Below are positions 30,001-37,619 of a stretch of DNA of 64,000 bases, in pieces. The notes beneath the pieces are model-generated. The model saw nothing but the letters and a program-made list of their open reading frames with translations, was not told where the DNA came from and made no database searches. The stretch is from a virus. Within the stretch, counting starts at the first letter, position 1. The number at the start of each line of letters is the position of its first letter. The stretch lies in the IMG/VR virus record IMGVR_UViG_3300037851_000445, positions 6,729 to 70,728 of that record; one strand, written 5' to 3'. Position numbers and translations under genes: made by a program.

Positions 30001-30512
30001 ACGAGAAGTGGGCTGAGGCGGTGAACAGCTGGGTCGACCAGTCCATCCTGCGGCCGAACGCTTCCCAGCGCCCGATGTGGATGAGCGACCCGCACTGGCA
30101 GCTGGTCAGCCACCTGAAGCAGTTCACGTACAGCTTCCAGAAGGTGATCCTCGACCGCGTGTTCCACGAGCTCAAGCACGGCAACTCGTCGCCCTTGATC
30201 GCCCTGAGCAGCTACGTTCCCATGATGATCGCGTCCGACATCATGCGGCAGTTGCTCACGCTGGGCACGGACGAGCCCGACAAGGACTTGAGCCAGTGGA
30301 TGCTCCAGGGCGTACAGCGCGCGGGTATCCTGGGGCCGGCTCAGTTCGTCGTGGATGCTTACGGGGACGCGAAGCATGGTAAAATGGGCGCGGAAGGGCT
30401 GTTCGGCCCGAGCGCCGAGCAGTTGGCGGACCTGGCCCGAGCCACTACCGCCAAGGGCTCGATCTCCGACTGGCTCGTCCGAGCCGGACCGGTCAACGCG
30501 ATCTACAGGTGA
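24003..30512 (+). CDS. Large internal virion/ejection protein (2169 aa) with zincin HExxH metallopeptidase motif
   Basis: AAGGAG SD; AYHEVAHAFF at 28230-28244 plus downstream EERVAFAF; C-terminal helical domain typical of podophage ejection proteins. Confidence 0.75.
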   Translation: MPRLDDAPIVIGGALADAYAAPTELEVAQEQALQDKATSGPLMHGLRSGWLGVRGGLTSLAGTAAENMGLTDFANARFREADLFAQQAEAAAPEVRDYRAVKDLRSAAVYALGQLGNAAATMGPTVLTALGTRGRMVPTFGVAGGMMAGEQDVNIRRESPQVGAADRLGSDVAQGVVGGALEAAVPLALARRASAGLGAGRIGTSMAQEAATEAAQTVSGQQLHGAVDPARDTSDDRAEIINAAIGGAIGGGGAHLVSSLPAAAQDVAPRVRDTFDGTLEGAKKLLDRTPSIEDLKGITLPDEVKDIDAAVKFVSETEKTAREAAAKAANWVAEQPRAPEGLKKAMSAVADRLQDPLLDPDTLTELTEKTKAAVDKIKVDEKVRRVSKRVRQYIEDAKTSVDEIMAGREAGRQAERSAGDYNFEELSKAPPKKSKFDMRPLWSPSPLGSVGPAPSKGVVGAPSDIRMGPKPPSYKTAAARIIGPRLDYTPTNAPRTIPEDEYTPATQEQLQALARKYSKDPSPAPLEAPGREPDLEVLDIMTSHLDPQFVAQADAEALLDLAETHQEYVKHIVQKTVERRAQAIKTGSIQNDPDVAPLPFRPDAELVELYGSPKKAKAALTAVAKHMFKRGDWADVGAIPEDLDEVPRFDRSLRQQATYGRAVELAVARHLYPQFLKTRDVRAHVANQVGERVTDWLRDPQAGAAQELVTDIKRFVKDPEGLLDELFALTEQRRSFVSGAQLLDDNTGDLVDLESGAPRDETRGADLAPTEQIGRVGDVAGGPSGDRTGFGMPQRREPTDVELRLFKQIKSGIANWFQDVPTEGAKEGIIKTMPLGLYRDIQELLEQDGLDELNPDHVQFIEETPAKLETLYNIELSSADKIKQARERADGILDVLQGRGTEWYALSITKRYNSGQFTVNLNVGTKRVDTQRLFNAMNRRYKGEYDANERTGQTARKYVSDMFARGISHLVADERVRQNAPLHANAFNFDDDEVLVTHNGVKYTWGDIKHGQLEQGESEVIRRLRSVDDPTLHVSRAQGAEEITKEATDEWGNKRIESRALDAARVVKNKDGTVRGVIVPEDNTDAGYIADEATLAGLETEHEQFEASEARKEAMRGILAKYAKERSGISAELKAGKLTKEEARDQFAEISAAENRELEALPREEAMATLRTTRIADTLPTGTEQRKAMKAERAAPRIRVTDEEKAGQEEREAERRRINRVTEEARLERAAERSSPTAVRTHAGADTANTDTVSALARDAVTARQAPKKNKPQETFSDDVAEARAIGTSAQAATAANWLLNKGNLNDEQKKTLRNLMAKKNWMGVLDYASQFVEPKQTKMRIDGTDELHPEAQAAIRAEIERILGKKDTEVLFKKLEEMDGAQGRFIDLDPIERIQISLMTGAPMATAYHEVAHAFFARLAKSNSPLAKRVMNDLLEFSATPRTRAQLEKLIREHATKDSVDDALKQLDDPEERVAFAFQLWRQGKLEVGPRTDGWFNRILNWIAKVVNIVPKDQRIADYFDALYRGRFANKDALTEVLADVRRDDAFDQADASMPHVMNWVNKAFSTADGWIRDQKIPALTELADKMSLGMGEQNKRPGFMQAKHVELNKRMNRLMATVRGKSKEQMRMALDALQKQSGVPPQDEGAKAIYNSVREILDETHQYITKAGVRQYVGRNDEGEPQFAPIKYLQNYFPQMWDPEAIRADKAGFEKLLADSGMKPEMIKMVYDFLTQMHGNNVTLGKNDLTGALQFRFDAANARILDDLNRDLAQKYMQKDLIFAMSTYLNQAVKRAEWSRRFENGQGESTIPDTILKAKEQGMSDATAKDVTRYLQAMEGTLGHDIPQELRNLFGGLTVYQNIRLLPFTLMSSLVDPMGIVVRGGSLADAFQAYVKGVKGLVGKGADEDFELASTLGAIEEGSAMSMYGDLYGSQYMTPWQRRVNSAFFRWNGMEAWNRGMRIAATRAAVRFLDRHAKGANQHSARYLAELNVTAEDIAARNEKWAEAVNSWVDQSILRPNASQRPMWMSDPHWQLVSHLKQFTYSFQKVILDRVFHELKHGNSSPLIALSSYVPMMIASDIMRQLLTLGTDEPDKDLSQWMLQGVQRAGILGPAQFVVDAYGDAKHGKMGAEGLFGPSAEQLADLARATTAKGSISDWLVRAGPVNAIYR

Positions 30513-30515
30513 CCC

Positions 30516-31043
30516 ATGGAAGCAGCCGACGAAATCGAGAACCCGCTCCGGCCCCAAGAAGCCACGCCGCAGTTCACCGCCGGTCGGGTGAACATGGCCC
30601 CCCGGAACGAGCATCCACTGCTCGACGACCCGTTGCGCCTCACCAGGATGGCCCTGGCTGGCGGCGGCGGAGCACTGCCGTTCGCCCTCCGCGCCGGGAC
30701 CACGGCCTACAGCACGATCACGAGCCCGCCCCCGATCATCAAGGACGCCGTCGAGAAGATGTTCGACTCCGCCCCCGCGCGCTCGATCGCCGCGCGGCTC
30801 CGGAACGCGACCGCCCAGCCGCTGGGCGTCGGCCCCGGGCAGCCGAATCTCGGGATCGGGACGCGTGTCGGCCAGTGGAAGCCGCCGTCCGAGCTCATCC
30901 AGAACGCCCAGGCCGCCGGCAAAGCGCTCGGTGACGCGAGCAGGTTCGCCACGAAGAACCATCTCCGCGACAAGTGGCTCGAGCTACACGGCCAGGACGG
31001 CAAGAAAGCCGCTGGCTACGCTATCGCCGACGTTCTCTACTAG
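30516..31043 (+). CDS. Hypothetical protein (175 aa)
   Basis: In-operon ORF with normal codon usage. Confidence 0.55.
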   Translation: MEAADEIENPLRPQEATPQFTAGRVNMAPRNEHPLLDDPLRLTRMALAGGGGALPFALRAGTTAYSTITSPPPIIKDAVEKMFDSAPARSIAARLRNATAQPLGVGPGQPNLGIGTRVGQWKPPSELIQNAQAAGKALGDASRFATKNHLRDKWLELHGQDGKKAAGYAIADVLY

Positions 31044-31052
31044 GAGACCACG

Positions 31053-31505
31053 ATGGACATCATCAACTGGCTTACGGGCACGTCCGCACGCAGGCAGAAG
31101 GCGGAGGACATGGCCATGCAGGCCCACCTAGAGCGCGTCCGCTCGGGACAGATGACCTTGGAGCAAAGCGAGGCCGTTCGCGTCAAGACCCTCGCCGACA
31201 TGGGATACGCGCCAGCGGCCGCGCCCCCTACGCTGCGCGACCCGAAGGCCCCGCTCCGGCCCGACGCGCCCCCGCCGCCCTCCGCTCCTCTGCCGGCAGC
31301 TGCTCAGGGGTATCAGAACTACAGGGACAACCGCGACGCGGTTAAGGACCTGGACCCTCTGACGGGCAAGCCCAAGGCGCCGGCGCCCCCGCCGGTTACG
31401 CCCCTCAAGCCGCCGGCGATCGGCGAGGCGAACCCGGCCAACGCCGAGGTCCTGGAAGCCGCTGGGATGGGTTCTCCGCTGCGCCGGAGACCGGTGCAGC
31501 CGTGA
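31053..31505 (+). CDS. Hypothetical Pro-rich protein (150 aa)
   Basis: AGGAG SD; in-operon. Confidence 0.55.
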   Translation: MDIINWLTGTSARRQKAEDMAMQAHLERVRSGQMTLEQSEAVRVKTLADMGYAPAAAPPTLRDPKAPLRPDAPPPPSAPLPAAAQGYQNYRDNRDAVKDLDPLTGKPKAPAPPPVTPLKPPAIGEANPANAEVLEAAGMGSPLRRRPVQP

Positions 31506-31822
31506 TTCTCGAAGCCCTGGCGGCCTTCGTAGCCATGTTCCTGGCCGACTTCGTGTGGGCCAAGTACATCAAGGCTATCGCGGACCACCGCCGCCCCTCC
31601 GCGTCCTCGTGGGCGGTGCTGCTCATGGTGCTGTCCGGCGTCGCCACGATCACCTACGTCAACAACCACTGGATGCTGATCCCGGCCGCGCTCGGTGCGT
31701 TCGCGGGAACCTGGTTCTCGGTCCCCAAACCCCACGGCATCTACCTTCTTAGCCCTGAGCCCGTAGCGGCGGGATTGAATGCCCGCCCCATGAAGGACAG
31801 TCCAAAAGAAAAGGGCCCGTAG
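31502..31822 (+). CDS. Small multi-TM membrane protein
   Basis: GTGA overlap; three hydrophobic helices (ADFVWAKYI...NNHWMLIPAALGAFAGTW). Confidence 0.6.
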   Translation: MILEALAAFVAMFLADFVWAKYIKAIADHRRPSASSWAVLLMVLSGVATITYVNNHWMLIPAALGAFAGTWFSVPKPHGIYLLSPEPVAAGLNARPMKDSPKEKGP

Positions 31823-31827
31823 GCCCT
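31804..31827 (-). terminator. Rho-independent terminator ending the minus-strand arm
   Basis: Minus strand AGGGCC-UACG-GGCCCU followed by UUUCUUUU, at the convergence of the two arms. Confidence 0.75.
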
Positions 31828-31849
31828 AATCTGTTGGGTCACCATCTTC

Positions 31850-32029
31850 CTAGTAGACGGGGCGAACGCTCCACCGTTTTGCGTATTCTCCGGTTACGCC
31901 CGCCATCATCACAGCCGCAACGGCGGCCTGCTCGCTGTTAAACAGAGGCCAGTGCTTATGTGGTGATCCGTCGACGAACACACACCACGCCACCGGCTCT
32001 TGCTCGGGGAGGGTTGGAGGGGCGGTCAC
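31850..32029 (-). CDS. Hypothetical protein (59 aa)
   Basis: GTGA overlap; QEPVAWCVF motif common in phage small proteins. Confidence 0.5.
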   Translation of the reverse strand: MTAPPTLPEQEPVAWCVFVDGSPHKHWPLFNSEQAAVAAVMMAGVTGEYAKRWSVRPVY

Positions 32030-32166
32030 ATGTCCTCGCTCTTCGTCGCCTTGAGTCGTACCTTCATCTTGTGGCCCGTCTCCCGGGCGTGCGCCACGGC
32101 CTTGTTCTTGATCACAGTGGTGAAGGGGCAGTCGTAGCACCAGTAGCTGTCGAACTGGAACGTCAT
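32026..32166 (-). CDS. C2H2-type zinc-finger microprotein (46 aa)
   Basis: GGGAG SD; YWCYDCPFTTVIKNKAVAHARETGH = C-x2-C-x12-H-x5-H. Confidence 0.55.
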   Translation of the reverse strand: MTFQFDSYWCYDCPFTTVIKNKAVAHARETGHKMKVRLKATKSEDM

Positions 32167-33026
32167 GCTCCCGCTGGCCTCAGCCCGAGATAGACAGGGT
32201 GTCTCGGCTTGTCCTTCACTCCCACGGGGAAGAACTTGTACTTCACCACCTGCCCGATCATCGTCTTTCGTTGCTTCCAAAATACCTCCTTGTCGTTGTC
32301 ATCCAGCCCTGTACCCACCGTGAACTCGACTCCGGTGTAGCAATCCCGGACCGCAAGGCCTCCGGCCCTTCCCTTCGGGACCAGGCCCTTCTTAGCGCTC
32401 GAGCGGCTCGTACGACCGAGCTCGTTCTTTGTCGCGGCATTCGTGTTCTCCATCTCCTCGATCACTTCGAGGATCCTCGCTTCCGAATCCTCGAACCGCT
32501 TCAGCTTCATCATGCCCTGCTCCTTCATCGTGGAGCGGCCGAATTTGTAGACACCCTGCGGGCTGCGCAGTATCAGACCTTCGTACCCAGCATCCAGGCA
32601 CTCGCTTTCGTAGTCGAGTAGCTGCTTCTCGGTCTTGATCCGACGCTGTTCCAGAACAACGACGCTCACGCCGCGGTACGGGTTGAGCGTCTTGATACGG
32701 TCCTCAAAACCGAGATCCGAGTCCCAGTTGTCGAAGACGAAGAGGCGCACGAGTGGTTCCCCGTGCTCACGCATTACGCCCGCAACGGTCTGGCGGTAGC
32801 AGTCTGGCGCGGTTGGCCGATCGACGATGAGTTCACCGTCTGCTCCGTGAAAACGCGGACTACCGAATAAGACGTTCACGTGCGGATTGGGCACCGGCTT
32901 TAATGCGCGGGTGAACAACGTACCGCGGTTGTTCAGAACTCGGACGCCGTCGAGCTTTGGCGACGCGAGCACGGGGAAATTGACGGCCGACACGTCTTTG
33001 ATAGTTGCGGCCAGCATCGGCTTCAC
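32163..33026 (-). CDS. ATP-dependent DNA ligase
   Basis: KPMLA, motif I SPKLDGVR, DGEL, EGLILR, LKRFEDSE, OB-fold VGTG and KYKFF...KPRHPVY; AAGGAG SD before GTG at 33026. Confidence 0.92.
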   Translation of the reverse strand: MKPMLAATIKDVSAVNFPVLASPKLDGVRVLNNRGTLFTRALKPVPNPHVNVLFGSPRFHGADGELIVDRPTAPDCYRQTVAGVMREHGEPLVRLFVFDNWDSDLGFEDRIKTLNPYRGVSVVVLEQRRIKTEKQLLDYESECLDAGYEGLILRSPQGVYKFGRSTMKEQGMMKLKRFEDSEARILEVIEEMENTNAATKNELGRTSRSSAKKGLVPKGRAGGLAVRDCYTGVEFTVGTGLDDNDKEVFWKQRKTMIGQVVKYKFFPVGVKDKPRHPVYLGLRPAGA

Positions 33027-33499
33027 TTTGTGAGCTCCTTGAGTTTGAGTCCGATTGCGACGAGTTCCTGCCATGTCGCGTTGTTCTTGATCGTGTTGGC
33101 TCGGTGCGATACGACCAGCACGTTGCCCGGAGTGTAGCCCAATGATGGGATGATACTGTCGAGAGTTGGACTATTTGGCCCGAACTTCTGGCCATTCCTC
33201 ATCAACCTCACCCCGAGATACGGGCACAGCCCGTTCTTGGGGAAGACGATGTCTTCGAGGGTGATGAGGAATGGGACTCCGCGCGCTTTGGCGCGCGCTT
33301 TAGCACTAGACAGCAGCTGGCGCCGTGGATCTCGGCGCCACTTATGGCTCTTCTCGATGTTGTGCTGCGGGTTGTCCTTCAGGCGCTGCTTATCGCGCGC
33401 CTTTGTACAGTGAACGCAGTGGCCTGACTTGTACCTCTCGGTGGTACCGCAGGCCTTGCAGAGTTTTCCGTGGTAGGTAGTCGTAGTGGCACGTGGCAT
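33023..33499 (-). CDS. HNH-family endonuclease with N-terminal Zn-ribbon
   Basis: CKAC..CVHC; CPYLG...SPTLDSIIPSLGYTPGNVLVVSHRANTIK. Confidence 0.8.
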   Translation of the reverse strand: MPRATTTTYHGKLCKACGTTERYKSGHCVHCTKARDKQRLKDNPQHNIEKSHKWRRDPRRQLLSSAKARAKARGVPFLITLEDIVFPKNGLCPYLGVRLMRNGQKFGPNSPTLDSIIPSLGYTPGNVLVVSHRANTIKNNATWQELVAIGLKLKELTK

Positions 33500-33506
33500 G
33501 CCTTGA

Positions 33507-33515
33507 AGTTTAGCA
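33507..33515 (-). promoter_or_regulatory. Extended -10 promoter (TGCTAAACT), probably leaderless HNH mRNA
   Basis: TGnTAAACT ends 7 nt before the ATG at 33499; no SD present. Confidence 0.45.
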
Positions 33516-33536
33516 CGCCACGCGCCAAAAACCAAG

Positions 33537-34007
33537 CTACGGAAGCTGGCACTCCTCGCTTTCAGCCACCTCGGGGATCTTGCACATCACCTTCTGCACG
33601 CTGCGAACCGTGAAACCGGAGGCGCGCATGCCGTCGGCGATAGCCAGAAATTTGCAGAACTCGACGCTGTAAGTGCCGCCGAACGGGCCCACACTGATGG
33701 ATCCCTGACAGCTGTTCGCGGACGCGGCCAGACCCGTTCCCCCGAAGCTCAGGGACTTGGTCTCGACGTCCACCGGATTGTTGACGACTGGGTTAGCCGT
33801 GGCCGTAGCCGCGCCGCCGGAACCGATGCCGAGTGCACTTGCCTGTGCTGCCGCAGCAGAGAACGCGTGACCGCCGGTGGCGGTTGCCGTCGGACTCCCG
33901 CCGGAAGTCGGGCAGTTGCCCTGACAGCCGTTCTGGTTCCCAGTCGCGAAGGCGCTAGTGGCCAAGAGACCGAGGATGATGCCGATGAAGAGGTGCTTCA
34001 TGTTCAC
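33537..34007 (-). CDS. Secreted Cys-containing protein
   Basis: Sec signal MKHLFIGIILGLLATSAFA; NGCQGNCP, Ala/Gly/Thr stretch and further Cys. Confidence 0.6.
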   Translation of the reverse strand: MNMKHLFIGIILGLLATSAFATGNQNGCQGNCPTSGGSPTATATGGHAFSAAAAQASALGIGSGGAATATANPVVNNPVDVETKSLSFGGTGLAASANSCQGSISVGPFGGTYSVEFCKFLAIADGMRASGFTVRSVQKVMCKIPEVAESEECQLP

Positions 34008-34672
34008 TCCGTTGTTGAAGGTTCAAGACAATGGGACCAGTAGCGGGAGTCTTTGTACCCCTGCTTCTTGTCCCAGTAGGCGCAGCGGGCGACGTACGGC
34101 GAGACGCCAAGCGCCTCGCTGCGGCCGACCCAGTCGGTTTCGATCTGTTCGTATTGTTGTTGTGTCTGCCGCCCGTTGCGCCGCTCCACCCCGTAGAGGC
34201 GTAGCATGTGCACGTCCAGGCAGGTGAGCTTCACTTCGAGCGGGAACGCCATCTCGAGCGCGAAGGTGGTCTTGGCGAGCCCAAGCCCGGCGACGCGTTG
34301 CTCCAGGCGGTTCCGTGCGTTGCTCCACGGCTCGTGTAGGCCGCGGTAGTACACCGTCGGGTCCGCCCAGAAGTCCTCCTTGAAGGCCCAGATGTACTTG
34401 GTGCGGTTGTTGTGCATTCCTGCGCGGGAGCAGATCAACAACCGGCGGAGCTCCTCCTTGTCCGTCATCCAGACCTTGAAGTCCTTGATAGCGTTGTAAG
34501 CATTCACGTTGCTCTTCCACGTCGTGTGGACCGAGCAGAACGCGAACAGCCAGCGCCGGAAATACTCGTTGTCGTCCTGGGCAGCGACGCCGCTCCAGTA
34601 GTTGGAGTAGTCGTCGCGGCCTGGGAAGTCTTGATGCAGCTCGTTGAAGACCGCGGCGACTTCGGGTGTCAC
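34004..34672 (-). CDS. HhH-GPD superfamily DNA glycosylase/AP-lyase-like protein (OGG/EndoIII-like)
   Basis: HhH VAGLGLAKTTFALEM (Lys at lyase position) followed by CLDVHMLR (catalytic Asp); start inferred at GTG 34672. Confidence 0.7.
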   Translation of the reverse strand: MTPEVAAVFNELHQDFPGRDDYSNYWSGVAAQDDNEYFRRWLFAFCSVHTTWKSNVNAYNAIKDFKVWMTDKEELRRLLICSRAGMHNNRTKYIWAFKEDFWADPTVYYRGLHEPWSNARNRLEQRVAGLGLAKTTFALEMAFPLEVKLTCLDVHMLRLYGVERRNGRQTQQQYEQIETDWVGRSEALGVSPYVARCAYWDKKQGYKDSRYWSHCLEPSTTE

Positions 34673-34842
34673 GTATTCGGCCCCTTCGCGACAACTTGCC
34701 GCAGCCAGATGCCGCCGTCTTGGGGATCGTACGTCACGATTAGGGGCCCGACCAAGTGGTACCCCTGATCCAGGTACACGACCACGCAACGCGAGAACGT
34801 GACGCTGTCGACGCCGGTGAGGATCTTGTAGTCGTTGATCAT
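34669..34842 (-). CDS. Hypothetical protein (57 aa)
   Basis: Overlaps both neighbours by ATGA/GTGA; MINDYKILTG...YLDQGYHLVG. Confidence 0.5.
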   Translation of the reverse strand: MINDYKILTGVDSVTFSRCVVVYLDQGYHLVGPLIVTYDPQDGGIWLRQVVAKGPNT

Positions 34843-35021
34843 TTCTTCTCCGATTCCGCCAGGCGGTCGAAAACGGCGCGAGTGAGTTCTGCGCGCGCAC
34901 GCGCTACCTCGGCCTCTTTCTTCATAAAGAAATGGTGGGCTTCAGCCATCGAGTCGACGGCCTCTTCCAGCTTCAGGATTGCACTGCGGATGCTCTCCGG
35001 GAGATCACTGAAGTACTTCAT
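34839..35021 (-). CDS. Hypothetical coiled-coil protein (60 aa)
   Basis: ATGA overlaps, helical sequence. Confidence 0.5.
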   Translation of the reverse strand: MKYFSDLPESIRSAILKLEEAVDSMAEAHHFFMKKEAEVARARAELTRAVFDRLAESEKK

Positions 35022-35350
35022 TGCACGGTCCTCGCCATGAGGAACTCGTAGTCCCCCGGCAGCGCCGGCAGAACCAGCACGCGAAGGACGTTCAACTCGG
35101 CGCCGTCGAACACGGCGATGAGTTTGTCCTTGGCTTCTTGGACGCTGTGCGCCGCGACGCGGTAGACCCAGACCTCGTTCGGGCCGTCGGGGACCTGGAC
35201 GGTCACGTTGACGGGGTAGAGCCGCGCCGGGTCCTGGAAGTCCACGAACGTGGGGTTGAAGAGCGATTCCTCCGGCGGCTGCATGGCAGCTTCGCCGATT
35301 GCGTTCCCGTTGCACCTGGCGGCGAGCTCGATTTCCTGGATCCCGCTCAT
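35018..35350 (-). CDS. Hypothetical protein (110 aa)
   Basis: Coupled in-operon ORF. Confidence 0.5.
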   Translation of the reverse strand: MSGIQEIELAARCNGNAIGEAAMQPPEESLFNPTFVDFQDPARLYPVNVTVQVPDGPNEVWVYRVAAHSVQEAKDKLIAVFDGAELNVLRVLVLPALPGDYEFLMARTVQ

Positions 35351-35571
35351 GCTTGCTTCCTCTTCTTGGTTGCGACCAGTGGATGCGCTTTGTGTCCGGT
35401 AACCACACACGTACGCGGGCGGCGTTCCGAGATCAAGTGCTTAGCACGAAGTTCGAAGACAGCGCGGCACACCGAATTAATCGGCACGCCGCTAAAGCGG
35501 GAAAGCTCGCTGCGAGTCACAGATCCGAGCAACCGGATGTCGCGGAGCAAGCTCTGTTCCTGAGTGATCAT
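35347..35571 (-). CDS. Winged-HTH DNA-binding protein (putative)
   Basis: VTRSELSRFSGVPINSVCRAVFELRAKHLI helix-turn-helix pattern, then CVVTG. Confidence 0.6.
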   Translation of the reverse strand: MITQEQSLLRDIRLLGSVTRSELSRFSGVPINSVCRAVFELRAKHLISERRPRTCVVTGHKAHPLVATKKRKQA

Positions 35572-35579
35572 TGGGTCCT

Positions 35580-36263
35580 CTAATGTGGTGCGAAGTGAAT
35601 CGGCCTGTCAGTGCTCCAGCACAGGCCGCAAGTTAGGCAAGATTGGGTCTTGCCGGTCTGCTCGGGGCACGGTATCCCCTCGCCAGATACGTTGGCGCTC
35701 ATCTTCCCGCCGCGATCGGAGAAGCGTATCCAGCATCTGTCGCTGTTCATTTCCTGAATCACCTTCCCGATTCCATCCGAGTGCTCCGGCCACCGGTGTG
35801 TATACCCGAAGATCCGCAATCGGGGGTACTTCACCAGTGCGTGCTTCCAGAACGCCGTGTATTTCTTGTCCAGAAAGTCGCCAAGGACGTGCAACCGGAC
35901 GACAAAGCCATCGATGTGCTTCGCGTGCAGCTCGGCTAGCTCTCCGGTGAGACAGTCGTAGAAGTCCGGGTGCGTTACGTCCGCGCGGTGCGCGAGGTAC
36001 ATGTTGTTGCCGTAGCAGTTGGCCCACTGTGCGCAGGATGCTGGGCATGTTTTCCTTTCTTCAAGGGTCAGTTGGTAGAGCGGCATGCCCTTCCATTTGC
36101 CCTTCGCGATCTTCATCTTGCCTTTGCCTAGTTTGTTATTCGAGTTGGCTGGCTTAAGCAGCCTCGTCTCGTACGGGCTCTTCACTGACTTCGTGAAGAT
36201 TGTGCGCCCTTTACCGGCCAAAGCTGGGTGATCTGCACGCAGCGTTGTCACAACCGAGCCCAC
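35580..36263 (-). CDS. GP88-family Cys-rich (Fe-S/radical-SAM-like) protein
   Basis: N.KLGK, TCPASCAQWANCYG, VRLHVLGDF, FGYTH, C-terminal CPEQTGKTQSCLTCGLCW. Confidence 0.7.
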   Translation of the reverse strand: MGSVVTTLRADHPALAGKGRTIFTKSVKSPYETRLLKPANSNNKLGKGKMKIAKGKWKGMPLYQLTLEERKTCPASCAQWANCYGNNMYLAHRADVTHPDFYDCLTGELAELHAKHIDGFVVRLHVLGDFLDKKYTAFWKHALVKYPRLRIFGYTHRWPEHSDGIGKVIQEMNSDRCWIRFSDRGGKMSANVSGEGIPCPEQTGKTQSCLTCGLCWSTDRPIHFAPH

Positions 36264-36499
36264 TTTCCGCCCCGCGCGCCATGCCCAGTTGGCGATGGAA
36301 CCCAGTAGCGTACGGCTCCAGAGGCGGTCACTTTGTAGCGCCGTTCTTCCACTACTGGCAAGTCTACGATGAAGTACGGAAGAGGATCGAAAGAACCCGC
36401 GTACTCCGCGGTTTTGGGCATGAGAACTGAGAGCTTGTAGGCGTGGCCGGCCACCAGCTGTGCCCTGCCGTTAACCCACATTCGAATCCAGTCCTTCAT
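36248..36499 (-). CDS. Hypothetical protein (83 aa)
   Basis: In-operon ORF. Confidence 0.45.
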   Translation of the reverse strand: MKDWIRMWVNGRAQLVAGHAYKLSVLMPKTAEYAGSFDPLPYFIVDLPVVEERRYKVTASGAVRYWVPSPTGHGARGGKWARL

Positions 36500-36693
36500 T
36501 GTGCGTCTTTTGGCTTGCGAAACAGTACTCGTCCGCTACGCAACGAGGCTTGCATGTCAGCGATCTCGGCAAACAAGCGCTCGCGCTGCGAGAGTGTCAG
36601 CGCCGAGAACTCTTTCTGATTCACCAAGATCCCATCGAGATGCCCGGCGAGGCGATCGCAAACCCACCACAAGCGTTCCTTTTTGCTTTTCAT
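36496..36693 (-). CDS. Hypothetical protein (65 aa)
   Basis: AGGAG SD; ATGA overlap. Confidence 0.5.
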   Translation of the reverse strand: MKSKKERLWWVCDRLAGHLDGILVNQKEFSALTLSQRERLFAEIADMQASLRSGRVLFRKPKDAQ

Positions 36694-36749
36694 TTGGTGT
36701 CTTTCTCCTCTCGTAGTTCAGTCGAGAATGATGCCACCCGGAAGTCCTT

Positions 36750-37097
36750 TTAGAAGGCCTTGCCATGCTTGTAAGGGCGGGTGGTGTTGTACTCGTGCTT
36801 CAAGCGAATCGCTTCGCCGATGTTGATACCGTACATGTAGCAGAAGTCGAACACGCGGATCACGACGTCCGCCATCTCAGCACCCAGCGCTGAGATTTCG
36901 GGGACCTTGGTATCGCGCGCTGTCGGATCCTTTCGAAGAACCTCAAGCGCTTCGGAAAGCTCGCTATGCATCAGCGCGATTTTCTCCGGCAAGTTCGGTT
37001 TGTCATTCCAGAAGCCGTGGTCGTAGGCGTTGTCGAAGGCCAGGCGCGCCACCTTATTGATGACGGCGGCTTCCTCCGGGGAGATTTGGTTGGCCAT
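36750..37097 (-). CDS. MazG-like nucleotide pyrophosphohydrolase
   Basis: IALMHSELSEALEVLRK...EMADVVIRVFD...AIRLKHEYNTTRPYKHGK. Confidence 0.85.
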   Translation of the reverse strand: MANQISPEEAAVINKVARLAFDNAYDHGFWNDKPNLPEKIALMHSELSEALEVLRKDPTARDTKVPEISALGAEMADVVIRVFDFCYMYGINIGEAIRLKHEYNTTRPYKHGKAF

Positions 37098-37142
37098 GCT
37101 TTCGTACTCCGTACTTGAAGATGTTGTACATCAGCGCAGTTG

Positions 37143-37619
37143 TCAGGACGATGGTGTAGAGCGCCTTGACAACTTGCGCGGTCGTAAAGATGTGGTGCTT
37201 GACGGACATGGATCCTTTAACGTACGGCTCGCAATCCACTCCGCACACTTGGCCCGGGAGACCACCCCGGCGAGGAACGTGGATCGCGTTAGCGTGAGCT
37301 TCCTGAGCTCGTTCGGGTCGGCGCCCCAGACAAACGCCCCTTCTTTACACCCGACGATCACGGCGACATGTCGGCCTTCCAGGTGACGCCTAGTGATCCA
37401 TTCCCATTGCAGCGGCGACAACTCAACGTCTATGACGGTGTCTGCGCGCTTGGGGAGGATGACGAACTTGTACTCGACCCAAAGGTCGGCCTTGTCACCT
37501 GAGTACCACACATCTGGCGTCCCGCCACGGTAGGGATTCGCCATCTTCTCTCTGTGAAGTTTTGGAGGGAGATGGTTGTGCACGCTGCTGATGAACACGT
37601 TTTCCGGCTTCCTACTCAT
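37143..37619 (-). CDS. VRR-NUC / PD-(D/E)XK nuclease (resolvase-like)
   Basis: ENVF...GTPDVWY...LWVEYK...LSPLQWEW. Confidence 0.75.
   Translation of the reverse strand: MSRKPENVFISSVHNHLPPKLHREKMANPYRGGTPDVWYSGDKADLWVEYKFVILPKRADTVIDVELSPLQWEWITRRHLEGRHVAVIVGCKEGAFVWGADPNELRKLTLTRSTFLAGVVSRAKCAEWIASRTLKDPCPSSTTSLRPRKLSRRSTPSS

Noticed and set aside
28617-30962. Long antisense and alternate-frame ORFs (781 aa here; also 20261-22354, 9600-11015, 3241-4596, 57343-58626)
   Set aside because: Expected shadows of high-GC3 coding and low-complexity repeats; no SDs or recognisable motifs, and the sense genes are coherent.
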